Shown here piece by piece: positions 1 through 12,008 of a stretch of DNA of 64,000 nucleotides; within the stretch, counting starts at the first letter, position 1; each line of letters begins with the position of its first letter. The stretch is taken from the NCBI RefSeq assembly GCF_902713615.1, contig NC_052154.1, forward strand, positions 107,482,016 through 107,546,015, in the 5' to 3' direction. Origin of the DNA: Scyliorhinus canicula (Eukaryota). The notes below the pieces were generated by a model. The model was not told where the DNA came from. It saw only the letters and a program-made list of their open reading frames with translations, and did not search any database. A program made the translations under genes and the position numbers.

Positions 1-335
1 TTACGGGGATAGGGTGGAAGCGTGGGCTTAAGTAGCCCAAGGGCTATTGCAAACATGATGGGCCGAATGGCCTCCTCCTTCCCTGTCGGGAATCTATGAT
101 TTTATGGGGATTAGAGGAAAGACCCTTACATCCAGAGGCTGGTGAGAATCTCAAACTAACTACCTGAAAGGGTGGTAAGGTGGTAAACCTCAACATTTAA
201 GATTCAGATGAGCACTGACGCGCCATAGTATGTAAGGCTATGGATCAAGTGCTGCAAAATGGGATCAGCATAGATTGGTGCTTTATGGCCACAATGGGCA
301 AAAGGGCCTCTTTGCCCTGTAAAATTTTAATACTC
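1..335 (+). mobile_element. HE1-type SINE 3' tail followed by a decayed CR1 LINE 3' fragment
   Basis: 'gggccgaatggcctcct...ctatgattttatg' tail matches the other HE1 copies here; 107-335 resembles the CR1 ORF2 end and 3'UTR. Confidence 0.6.
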
Positions 336-602
336 TTCACAATGTTAATAGTTCAGGTTTCTTAACCTTCCCTGCTCTAATAACAACCGTGCCAGTTCTT
401 CTCATCTCTACTCATCTGTATCATCTTAATGAATTACTTTTGTATCCTTTCCATGGCCTTGACATCGTTTCTAAAGATGAGCACCGCCAAGTCTATCTTG
501 TAATGCTACAACATACTTGAATCCATTGGGTCATCACAAGTATCAACACTTAAATATTTAGTTCACAAAATGCTAAAACCTTTCATTCTAAACGTTTCTT
601 AC

Positions 603-680
603 TGAGTTCATTGTTGGCTTTCGATATTATACTAAATATATCCGGTTCATTTATGCTCTGTTGTTTCTCTCTCAAGCCAT
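603..680 (-). CDS. Internal coding exon (phase 1-1) of an astacin/hatching-enzyme-like metalloprotease propeptide: (D)GLREKQQSINEPDIFSIISKANNEL
   Basis: Acceptor ttttttgattccttttcag and donor A|gtaaga; 78 nt; its phase joins exon 20079-20106; DIFSIISKAN resembles astacin propeptides upstream of the EGD aspartate switch (from recall, not searched). Confidence 0.62.
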
Positions 681-734
681 CTGAAAAGGAATCAAAAAAT
701 ATTAATTTCAAATTTTACCATATTTGGACATTTT

Positions 735-1125
735 GGGTTGATGACAACATAGCTATAATGTCACTAGACTAGTAATTTAGTGGTCCAAACTAATGTTCAA
801 GGGACATGGGTTAAAATTCCACGATGCCAGCTGGTGGAATTTAAATTCAATTCATATAATCTGAAAATCTTTTCTTGGTAATGGTGACCATGAAACTATT
901 ATTAATTGTAATTTTAAAGACAATCTGGTTTGTCAATTTCCATTAGGGAAGGAAGTTTGCCATCCAAACCCAGTCAGCCATTTCTGTGAATCCAGCTCCA
1001 CAGCAATGTTGTTGGCTCTTAACTACCATCTGAAATCACCTAGAATGCTCCTCAGTACCAGGTCAAATGGAAGGGCAACAAATGCTGTCATTGTTAGCGA
1101 CACTGACATCCGAAATAATAAAACA
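735..1125 (+). mobile_element. Old shark SINE (SacSINE1/DeuSINE-like), decayed
   Basis: 'atgtcactagactagtaat...ggtggaatttaaattcaat...gtgaccatgaaac...gggcaacaaatgct...aataaaa' layout. Confidence 0.5.
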
Positions 1126-1249
1126 ATAGACTACATCTATCCTTGGTGAGGGAAACATCAATCTACTAAGGTTACTTTTTTCAGCTGTGGGTCACTGGAG
1201 AAGGTGACATTGCTTGTCATGAGTTCTGTCTAAACAAATGTCAGATGGT

Positions 1250-1439
1250 GGGCTGGATTCGCCTGTCCCAAGCCACATGTTTCTCGGTGGCATGCTGTTC
1301 GCTGGCGGTGGTTTTCTCTATTCCCACTGCTTGCCAACGGGATTTCCCATTGAAGCCACCCCATGCCGCCAGGAAACCCACGGGTGGGAGTACACTGCCA
1401 ACAAGAACAGAGAATCCCAACAGCCGGAAAATTCCAGCC
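1250..1439. mobile_element. Harbinger-type MITE (~190 bp)
   Basis: Terminal inverted repeats GGGCTGGATT... / ...AATTCCAGCC. Confidence 0.65.
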
Positions 1440-2661
1440 ATATCTGTCGTCAGGTCATTACACCAATATCCATCCGTTTTGCAACGAATTGAACAATGTA
1501 ATGAAATTGGTCCTGTCATAACCCGCACGGGACTTAAAAAGTAGCAATGATTAAACTCCAGTGAACCTCACTGAATACGAGCTTTCCATTAAAGGAGGTG
1601 ATAATCCTAAACCATGTAGCTAAAGGTCTGTATAAAGTATGCCAGTTTGGATAGTATACCGACATAGAGAAGGGACCTGGTTGGGATCTTTCATAACGAG
1701 TACATAATATTTATTGTAATAAAACTTAATTTCTTTCTTCAACTCAAGTGTAGACTCCCTTTGTGGTCTACTAAACTGGAGACAAGGGTTGAATTGGTTT
1801 TCTGTAGACGCTGCAACTCTTGTCAGTTAAGCCACCTCACTAACCCTGCTGGATACAGGTCAGACTCTTTTCGTTTACTATGCCACTGTTTGGAATATTA
1901 GATGTGTTTGACCAATGTGGAGGTTTGGACTCAGAATGCGGAAAGAATGCATGTTTTTTCAGGCCAATAGTATCAGAATGATTGTCAGACAGTAATTCTG
2001 TTATCTGCCTGTGGCGTACTTATCTAGGGAGTGATATGGAGCCTCACCTATCCTGCAGCTCCTGATACTCATACTTTCAACTATAACGCTAGTGGGGAAA
2101 CATTTTAACGTAACACCATTTGTAATTGGTACAGAGATATTGCTTTAATACAGCGGAAAGCACCCCGGGAGAGTCCGTCACTGTGTTTTTGGCGAGATTA
2201 CGGAAAATAGACGAATTCTGCGTGTTTGGTACATCCCTGCCGGAAATGCTGCATGACCCTTGGTGTGCGGCGTTAAAAATGTGGCCACTCAAAATAAATA
2301 GTTCGCTGAACTGTCCTTAAAATTGCAGCAAGCTGTGCAAATTTCCCTATGACGTGAAAGTGGCAAACGAGGGATGCAGGAAATCCAGGGAATTTAAGTG
2401 AATGCCTTAGGGAGTGCCTCTACCGACGATCGACCTCGCCCAACTAAGGGAAGTACTCCGCTCTGGGCTGAGCACCGTGCAGGCCCATTGGTTGAAGACC
2501 AGGTCGTCCGACAGGATACCTCCACAGGATCTGCAGAGGAACTCAGGCCGTTGTGGGACATGTTCTCCCTGTGTCTGCGTGGGCTTCTCTCGGTAGGCCG
2601 GTTTCCTTCCATGAAAGACATGCTGTTAGGTGAACTGGACATTCTGAATTCTCCCTCAGTG

Positions 2662-2768
2662 TACCTGAACGGGCGCCGGAGTGTGTTGACTCGGGGATTT
2701 TCACTGTAACTTCATTGCAGTGTTAATGTAAGCCTACTTGTGACACAAATAAAGATTATTATTATTAT
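2662..2768 (+). mobile_element. SINE 3' tail with (TAT)n end inserted in Gypsy A
   Basis: 'ttcattgcagtgttaatgtaagcctacttgtgac...aataaagattattattat'; same tail at 35945 and 50395. Confidence 0.7.
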
Positions 2769-2966
2769 GTGGTCCGAGGCCCCGACGTGAACTCAAGCTG
2801 TGAGGTTCTGGCACCCCGGTAGAGGTAGACACCTGCTGAGGGCCAGTATTTTCTGGATGAACTGAACAATTATGTGGCAGCACCTCGGGTTGCGCACATC
2901 AAACTCGCTGTGTAAGTGAACGGATACCTTTCGGATATGGAATTTGATACTGCTGCTGCAGTGTCT

Positions 2967-5292
2967 TCAGCCAAGATGGGAGCAAAAGCCCCCCGTGGTA
3001 GTGCACCTAAGGAAAACAAATAATCGCTCGTGAGGGGTCTGATTAGTGGCCGTACACAGGAGGGAACTAATTGCATGGAGCGCGTCGGGGAGGAGCTCCT
3101 GCCAGTGGGATGTCGGGAGATTCCTGGACCGTAGGGTCAGTAGGACGGTCTTCCAGACCGTCGCGTTCTCCCTCTCCACCTGCCCGTTCCCCCTGGGGTT
3201 ATAGCTGGTAGTCCGCTCGAGGCAGGTACTAACGCAGCTCGTCGCTCATGAAGGACGAACCCTGGTCGCTGTGGACGTAGCTGTGGAAACCAAACAGGGT
3301 GAAGACACTGTGCAGGGCTCTGATGAGTATATGGGAGGTCATATCGGGGCACGGGATAGCAAACCGAAAACGGGAGAATTCGTGTATGACATTGAGGAAG
3401 TACACATTACGATTGGTCGAGGAGGGAGGGGCCCTTTGAAATCGATGCTCAGGCGTTCAAAGCGCCGGGAAGCCTTTACCAGGTCGGCCTTGTCTGGTGT
3501 ATAGAAGTGCGGTTTGCACTCCGCACAGATCGGGCAATTCCTGGTGATGGCTTTTACCTCCTCATTGGAGAAAGGCAGATTTCGGGCTTTGATGTAGTGG
3601 GCGCGCCGAGTGATCCGCGGGTGGCAGAGGTCATTGTGGATAGCATGTAATCGGTCGTCTTGCGCGCTGGCGCATGTGCCGCGGGACAGGGCCTCTGAAG
3701 GCTCGTTGAGCTTTCCTGGCCGATATATGATGTCATAATTATAGGTGGAGAGTTCGATCCTCAACCTCAAGATTTATCGTTTTTAATTTTGCCCCGTTGC
3801 GAGATTGTTGAACATGAAGGCAACCGATCTCTGGTCGGTGATGAGGGTGAACCTCCTACCTGGGAGGTAGTGCCTCCAGTGCCATACGGCTTCCACAATG
3901 GCTTGAGCTTCTTTTTCGACTGAGGAGTGTCGAAGTTCTGAAGCGGAGAGGGTTCGGGAGAAGAAAGCTACTGGTCTCCCTGCCTGGTTCAGAGAGGCAG
4001 AGACGAGCGACTCTGAGGCGCCACTCTCCACTGAAAGGGGACGGATTCATCCATCGCCGCATGGCGGCTTTAGCGATGTCCTCCTTGATGCAGTAGAAGG
4101 CCTGGCGGGCCTCGGCTGACAGTGGGAAGAGTGTGGTCTTAAATAGTGGGCGGGCTTTGTCCGCATACTGGGGGACCCACTGGGCGTAATAGGAGAAAAA
4201 TCCAAGGCACCTCTTGAGGGCCCTGGAACAATGAGGGAGAGGGAGTTGTAAGAGGGGGCGCATACGGTCCGGGTCAGGCCCAAGAACCCCGTTTTCCACG
4301 ACATAGCCGAGGATGGCTAGTCTGGTTGTGCGGAAAACGCATTTATCCTTATTGTATGTGAGGTTGAGTTTCTGGGCGGTTTCGAGAAATCGGTGGAGGT
4401 TGGCGTTGTGGTCCTTCTGGTCATGGCTGCAGATGGTGACATTATCCAAATACAGAAACGTGGCCCGCAGCCCGTACTGGTCCACCATTCAGTCCATTTG
4501 CTCGTTGGAACACCAAGACCCCATTCGTGACGCCAAAGGGAACCCGAAGGAAATGGAAAAGGCTGCCATCTGCCTCGAACGTCGTGTAGTGGCGGTCCTC
4601 CGGGCGGATTGGGAACTGGTGGTATGCAGACTTCAGATCCACCATGGAGAAGATGTGGTACTGGTTGACCATGTCTGCAATTCGGGGGAGGGGGTACGCA
4701 TCGAGGTGCGTGAACCGGTTAATGGTCTGGCTGTAATCAACCACCATCCGGAACTTTTCCCCGGTCTTGACAACCACCACCTGAGCTCTCCAGGGGCTAC
4801 TACTGGCCTCTATGACTCCCTCACGTAGGAGCCGCTGGACTTCGGCTCTGATAAATACCCTGTCCTGCAGGCAATACTGCCTGCTGCGAGTGGCTGCGGG
4901 TTTGCAGTTAGCAGTGAGATTAGCGAAGAGTGGAGGGGGGTCGATTTTTAGCGTCGTTAAGCTGCATATAGTGAGAGGGGGTAGGGGTCCACCGAAGCTG
5001 AGTGTGAGGCTTCTAAGATTGCATTGAAAATCGAGCCCGAGTAGGAGGGGGGCGCAGACGTCTGGGAGTATGTACAACTGGAAGTTAGAGTAGTTGCGTC
5101 CTGTATTGTCAATGTCGCAACGGTGCACCCTTGTATTTGGACCGAGTGCGACCCCGAGGCGAGGGAGATAGTTTGCCGTACTGGGAAGATTGGGAGCGAA
5201 CAGCGTCTTACCAGGTCGGGATGAACGAAGCACTCAGTGCTCCCGGAGTCGAAGAGGCACGGTGTCTTGTATCCGTTGACCAGAACGGACAT
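2967..5292 (-). pseudogene. pol: Gypsy D pol (PR-RT-RH-IN), frameshifted
   Basis: ORFs 4957-5718, 4442-5233 (WRAQVVVVK...DYSQTINRFTHLDAYPLPRI), 3856-4488, 3783-4031, 3339-3770 (HHCC zinc finger), 2967-3179. Confidence 0.9.
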
Positions 5293-6628
5293 CATTGAGC
5301 TTCTGAGGTGCTTTGGCCGCGACTGTTCCAAAGTGACTGCGTTGAGTTGCGGGTAGTCGGTGGCTTCATCAGCGGTGCTGGAGCGGCCCCGTGATGACTG
5401 TCCGCGGAGGTCGTAGTCGTCGATATGAACATCGGGTGATGGCCGAGATGGCGGCCCCCGTTGATCGCACATGGCGGGCGGGGAGGAATATGGCACCCAA
5501 GATGGCGGTCCCCATGACTCACACATGGCCGGCCGCGTGGGGTAGGATTGCCAAGATGGCGCCCATGAGTCGCACATGTCGGGCAGAGGCAGAGTTGGCA
5601 GACACGCTGCAACATTGCGGGGCCTGCGAGTTTGGGGAGCGATTGCTCTGAATAGCGGGAGCGTTAGAGGGTTTAGATTTGGACTGGCATACCTTAGCAA
5701 AATGTCTTTTTCGACCACAGCTGCTGCAGGTCGCGTTGCGGGCCGGACAGTGCTGCCGTGGGTGTTGGGCCTAACCGCAGAAATGGCACGATGGCGCTCC
5801 AGAGTGGGCGGGTGGCCGCGCAGCGCAGGCCTGAGGCAGTCTCTGGTCGGGGGTCCACAATGGGGTCGCGTGGTCAGCGAGGAACGAGTTCAAACTTTGA
5901 AACGCGACCTCCAGCGAGGTTGCTAGCGTTACAGTGTCCTCCAAGTTCTGGCCCGCTTTTTCAAGGAGACGGTGGCGCACGTAGTTAGACCGGACCCCTG
6001 CAACATACACATCACGGACAGCGAGTTCCATATGCTGGGAGGCAGTTACAGCCTGAAAGTTACATTTCCGTGTAAGAGCTTTTAGGTTGCGCAGGTAGTC
6101 CTCTAGCGACTGCGGGGCGCTGGCGGCGGGTAGTGAAATATGCCGCGCGGTAAACTACATTTACAGGCCGCACGTATAGGCGGTCGAGTATAGCGAGGGC
6201 TTCGGTGCACAAGTCGGTACTATCGAGTTGCGTAGAGATGCGATGGCTCACCCGTGCGTGTCGGAGACTGAATTTTTGCTCTTCAGTAGTAGTGGAGGTA
6301 GTCGACGCAGCCAGATAGGCATTGAAGCACCGAAGCCAGTGTAGAAAGATTTCCTTCGCTTCTGCGGCCTGCGGGTCAAGTTCTAGTCGATCAGGTTTGA
6401 GGGCTGATTCCATGGTGGTTTTTTAAGTCTATTAAATTGATGTGACCATCAATTCACTCAAGACACGATAGGAAATAAACTGTGGCTTTAATAGACTAAC
6501 AACTGAGCCTGCCTGTGACCAGAAGAACTGAGGCAGACTCACAAGACCGCAGCACTTTATACTTCCGGTAATGGGAGGGGCCATGGGCGGAGCCAAGGGT
6601 GGAGCCCTGTACAAGCTCCTCATCTACA

Positions 6629-6970
6629 GGGCAGCACGTAGCATGGTGGTTAGCATAAATGCTTCACAGCTCCAGGGTCCCAGGTTCGATTCCCGGCTGG
6701 GTCACTGTCTGTGCGGAGTCTGCACGTCCTCCCGTGTGTGCGTGGTTTCCTCCGGGTGCTCTGGTTTCCTCCCACAGTCCACAAAATGTGCAGGTGAGGT
6801 GGATTGGCTATGCTAAATTGCCTGTAGTGTCCTAAAAAGTAAGGTTAGAGGGGGGGGGGTTGTTGGGTTACGGGTATAGGGTGGATACGTGGGTTTGAGT
6901 AGGGTGATCATGGCTCGGCACAACATCGAGGGCCGAAGGGCCTGTTCTGTGCTGTACTGTTCTATGTCTA
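6629..6970 (+). mobile_element. HE1/V-SINE, full length, inserted into the LTR of Gypsy D
   Basis: tRNA-like head GGGCAGCACG...GGTTCGATTCCC, V-domain, CR1-derived tail; LTR sequence resumes at ~6972. Confidence 0.9.
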
Positions 6971-7999
6971 TCTCCCCCTGTGGGCAGAGCCATGCAACGG
7001 CTCACAGACGGAGCCCACAGGGACCCAGTGATACAGAGTGTGAATTATGCATTATACATTCACCACAAATGGAAAACATCCTGAGTGGGTTTTCATGTGT
7101 AGTGGTGTACTTAGATGACATGCTGGTCACCTGAGCAACCGAGCAGATGCATTTGGACAACTGCTGGAAGTTCTACGCCGTTTGTGGACTCTGACCTCCG
7201 CCTGCAAGGGCCAAGTATGTTTTACGTCAAGGATGTGATGTATTTCGGCTACTGGGTGGACTGCAAAGGTTTACACCCAGTCGCAAAGAAGGTGCATGCC
7301 ATTCAGCAATTTGATCATTTTTTGTGTAAGTGAACTATTATGACATGTTAATCGCAAATCACGCAACGTTACTGGTATCCCTGCAGCTACGTTTGGTGGG
7401 CGTGGCGCAGGCCGTAGGAAATGGCTTTCAAAACAGGTGAAGAAACAGTTTTCGTCATCTGGCTTGTTGACTAAAATCCCGCAAAGCCTCTCATCGTCAC
7501 GCAAGACATCGCGCCATATGGCAGTGGGGCGGTTCTTTCTCACAGGTTGGCACATATCTGCCAATTGCTTTCGCCTCCTGAACGCTAGCTGGAGATGAAT
7601 GTAAATATGCACAGAGAAGGAGAGCCCAGCAGTGGTTTCCGCTATGAAGAAATTCCACAAATATGTATACAGCCACCATTTCACCGTCATCACCGACCAC
7701 AAAACATTGCTCAATTTATTCAAGGAGGACACGGCCATCCCGCCTATCTCTTCCATGAGAATTCATCGGTGGGGCCTTGGCTGCCTACGAATACTTCTTT
7801 TGAACATAGGTCAGGCACTCAAATTGCACACACTGATGCATTGATCCAGCCGCCCTTGCCGATTAGCCCCCCCCCATCTCCTTCCAGGGTGGATAAAATT
7901 GTCGCAACACTCAACTTCATGGACTTGTTGCCAGTTCATTGCTGGATCCATGAGTGGACCCAAACGAACCCGGTTCTTTCCAAGTCTGATTAGAGAGTT

Positions 8000-8530
8000 A
8001 GAACATGAGAACATAACAGCGCAGTACAGGCCCTTCGGCCCTCGATATTGCGCCGACCTGTGAAATGAATCTAAAGCCCATCTATCCTATTCCATTATCA
8101 TCCATTAGCATGGATTGGTAGAGTCAATTACTTCAACAAACCTGATTTCATGTTTTTGAAGAAGTGACGAAAGGCACGGATAGCGCAGTGTCAATGGGTG
8201 CTATTTACATGGACTTCCAGTGTGGCATTTAATAATCTCGCTCAAAACAGATATTTAGCTAGAAATGGAGCTGAGAATTATTGATCTGGTTAAGTCACTG
8301 GTCGAGTGGCATGAATCAGAGAGTACGTGATGATCCAGATACATAGATGATTATAATGTCAAAAAGAGGTACAGAAATGAAACATAAAAACCTAATGAGG
8401 AGCGGTTGATAGAAGTTTTGCTTCAGCTATACAAAGCACCGTTAGACCACAGCTGAAGTACTCGAGTAGTTCAGGGCACCACACCCTCGATAGAATGTAG
8501 TGGCCTTTAGGGGAGTAGATTTATCAGAAT
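8000..8530. mobile_element. CR1 fragments: a 3' terminus (-) at 8000-8100 and a decayed RT piece (+) at 8110-8530
   Basis: 'agaacataacagcgcagtacaggcccttcgg' 3' end; TNL..FFEEVT..YMDF remnant. Confidence 0.65.
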
Positions 8531-8562
8531 AATACATAGAATCCCAAGAATCCCTATAGTGC

Positions 8563-11500
8563 AGAACATAGAACATTACAGCGCAGTACAGGCCCTTCGG
8601 CCCTCGATGTTGCGCCGTCCTGTGAAATCCCTCTAAAGTCCCTCTACGCTATTTCCTTATCGTCAATATGCCTTTCTAATGACCATTTGAATGCGTTTAG
8701 TGTTGGCGAGTCCACTACTGTTGCAGGCAGGGCATTCCACACCCTTACTACTCTCTGAGTAAAGAATCTACCTCTGACATCTGTCCTATATCTATCTCCC
8801 CTCAATTTAAAGCAATGTCCCCTCGTACTGGACATCACCATCCGAAGAAAAAGGCTCTCAATGTCCACCCTATCTAATCCTCTGATCATCTTGTATGCCT
8901 CAATTAAGTCATCTCTTAACCTTCTTCTCTCTAACGAAAACAGCCTCAAGTCCTTCAGCCTTTCCTCATAAGATCTTCCCTCCATCCCAGGCAACATCCT
9001 TGTAAATCTCCTCTGTACCTTTTCCAATGCTTCCACATCCTTCCTATAATGTGGCAACCAGAACTGCACGCAATACTCCAAATGCGGCCGCACCAGAGTT
9101 TTGTACAACTCCAACATGACCTCATGGCTCCGAAACTCAATTCCTCTACCAATAAAAGCTAACACACCGTACGCCTTCTTAACAACCCTCTCAATCTGGG
9201 TGGCAACTTTCAAGGATCTATGGACATGGACACCGAGATCTCTCGGCTCATCCACACTACGAAGAATCTTACCATTAGCCCGGTACTCTGCCTTCCTGTT
9301 ATTCCTTCCTAAATGAATCACCTCACATTTTTCTGCATTAAACTCCATTTGCCATCTGTCAGCCTAGCTCTGCAGTTTATCTATGTCCCTCTGTAACTTG
9401 TAACATCCTTCTGCACTGTCTACAACTCCACCAACTTTAGTATCTCACCCATCCTTCTACGCCCTCCTCCAGGTTATTTATAAAAATGACAAACAGCAGC
9501 GGCCCCAAAACAGATCCTTGTGGTACACCACTAATAACTGGACACCAGTCAGAACATTTCCTATCAACTACCACCCTTTGTCTTCTATCAGCTAGCCAAT
9601 TTCTGATCCAAACTGCTAAATCACCCCGAATCCCATGCCTCTGTATTTTCTGCAATAGCCTACCATGGGGAACCTTATCAAACGCTTTACTGAAATCCAT
9701 ATACACCACATCAGCTGCTTTACCCTCATCCACCTGTTTGGTCACCTTCTCGAAGAACTCAATGAGGTTTGTGAGGCACGATCTACCCTTCACAAAACCA
9801 TGTTGACTATCTCTAATCAAATTATTCCTTTCCAGGTGATTATACATCCTATCTCTTATAAACCTTTCCAAGACTTTTCCCAAAACAGAAGTAAGGCTCA
9901 CTGGTCTATAGTTACCGGGGTTATCTCTACTCCCCTTCTTGTACAAGGGGACAACATTTGCTATCCTCCAGTCTTCTGGCACTATTCCTGTAGACAAAGA
10001 TGACTTAAAGATCAAAGCCAAAGGCTCAGCAATCTCCTCCCTAGCTTCCCAGAGAATCTTAGGATAAATCCCATCCGGCCCAGAGGACTTATCTATTTTC
10101 AGACTTTCCAGAATCGCTAACACCTCCTCCTTATGAACCTCAAGCCCTTCTAGTCTAGTAGCCTGTATCTCAGTATTCTCTTCGACAACATTGTCTTTTT
10201 CCTGTGTGAATACAGACGAAAAATACTCATTTAGCACCTCTCCTATCTCCTCGGACTCCACGCACAAGTTCCCACTACTGTCCTTGACTGGCCCTACCCT
10301 TACCTTAGTCATTCTTTTATTGCTGACATATCTATAGAAAGCTTTAGGGTTATCCTTGATCCTACCTGCCAAATACTTCTCATGTCCTCGCCTGGCTCTT
10401 CTTAGCTCTCTCTTTAGAGCCTTCCTAGCTAACTTGTAACTCTCAAGCGCCCTAACTGAACCATCAGGTCTCATCTTTACATAAGCCTCCTTCTTCCTCT
10501 TGACAAGTGTTTCAACTGCTTTAGTAAACCATGGTTCCCTCGCTCAACCACTTCCTCCCTGCCTAACAGGTACATACTTATCAAGGACACGCAGTAGCTG
10601 TTCTTTGAACATGCTCCACATTTCCATTGTGCCCATCCCCTGCAGTTTTCCTCTCCAGCCGATGCATCCTAAGTCTTGGCTCATCGCATCATAATTGCCT
10701 TTCCTTCAGATATGACTCTTGCCTTGCGGTATATACCTATCCCTTTCCATCGCTAAAGTAAACGTAATCGAATTGTGGTCACTATCACCAAAGTGCTCAC
10801 CTACCTCCAAATTTGACACCTGTCCTGGTTCATTACCCAGTACCAAATCAATACGGCCTCGCCTCTCGTTGGCCTATCTACATACTGCATCAGGAAACCC
10901 TCCTGCACACATTGTACAAAAACGGACCCATCTAAAGAACTTGAACTATAGTGTTTCCAGTCAATATTTGGAAAGTTAAAGTCCCCATAACAACTACCCT
11001 GTTTCTTTCGCTCCTCTCCTGAATCATCTTTGCAATCCTTTCCTCTACATCTCTGGAACTTTTCGGAGGCCTATAGAAAACCCCTAACAGGGTGACCTCT
11101 CCTTTCCTGTTTCTTAACTCAGCCCATACTACCTCAGTATTCGAGTCCTCATCAAATGTCCTCTCAGCCACCGTAATACAGTCGTTGACTAACAATGCCA
11201 CCCCTCCCCCTCTCTTACCACCTTCCCTGAGCTTACTGAAATATCTAAACCCGGCACCTGCAACAACCATTCCTCGCCCTGCTCTATCCATGTCTCCGAA
11301 ATGGCCACAATGTCCCAGGTACCAACCCATGCCGCAAGCTCACCCACCTTATTCCGGATGCTCCTGGCATTGAAGTAGACGCACTTTAAACCACCTTCCT
11401 TCCTGCCGGTACACTCCTGCAACTTTGAAACTTTACTCATGACCTCACTACTCTCAGCTTCTTGTGTACTGGAGCTACAATTCAGGTTCCAAATCCCCTG

Positions 11501-12008
11501 CTGAACTAGTTTAACCCTCCCGAAGAGCATTAGCAAACCTCTACCCCCCCCCCCCCCCCCCCCCCCTCCCCCCGAGGATATTAGTACCCCTCTGGTCCAG
11601 GTGTAGACCATCCTGTTTGTAGAGGTCCCACCTACCCCAGAATGGGCACCAATTGTCCAGTAATCTGAAACCCTCCCTTCTGCACCATCCCTGCAGCCAC
11701 GTGTTCAACTGCTCTCTCTCCCTATTCCTCGACTCGCTAGCACGTGGCACTGGTAACAACCCAGAAATGATAACTCTGTTTGTCCTAGATCTAAGATTCC
11801 ACCCTAGCTCCCCGAATTCGTGCCTTACATCCCTATCCCTTTTCCTACCTATGCCACCCCTCCCCCTCTCTTACTACCTTCCCTGAGCTTACTGAAATAT
11901 CTAAACCCGGTCGTTGGTACCTATGAGGACCACGACTTGGGACTCCGCCCCCTCCCCCTTAAGGATCCCGAAAACACGATCCGAGACATCGCGGACCCTG
12001 GCACCTGG
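8563..12008 (-). mobile_element. CR1 LINE, near full ORF2 (APE-RT) plus ORF1 SGNH-esterase C-half, with a few disablements
   Basis: ORFs 8644-9348, 9437-10474 ([10 protein letters not shown]), 10932-11330, 11189-11611 (YFNARSIRNK) and 11541-11759 (DGLHL); 3' tail 'agaacatagaacattacagcgcagtacagg'. Confidence 0.95.

Larger units (their letters stand above)
2960..7067 (-). mobile_element. Gypsy element D nested in A; 5' LTR 6438-7067 (split by an HE1 SINE); 3' end deleted
   Basis: LTR TGTGGTGA...CACATCA; gag ATG at 6413 (MESALKPDRLELDP); protease LFDSGS, RT (YLDN), RNase H and integrase in frameshifted ORFs. Confidence 0.9.

Noticed and set aside
6629-6700. tRNA genes at SINE heads
   Set aside because: A/B-box-like heads are fused to SINE bodies and do not give complete cloverleaves.
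6621-6980. LTR ending at 6628 with a PPT-like CTCCCCC beyond the SINE (tandem or circular integration)
   Set aside because: The sequence after the SINE continues the same LTR to CACCACA at 7067, matching the terminus of the solo LTR at 26231.
11543-11573. ~30-nt poly-C near the CR1 ORF1/ORF2 junction as a recoding signal
   Set aside because: Similar long G/C homopolymers occur in many unrelated places (for example ~49860, 52240, 61390); slippage or sequencing error is simpler.
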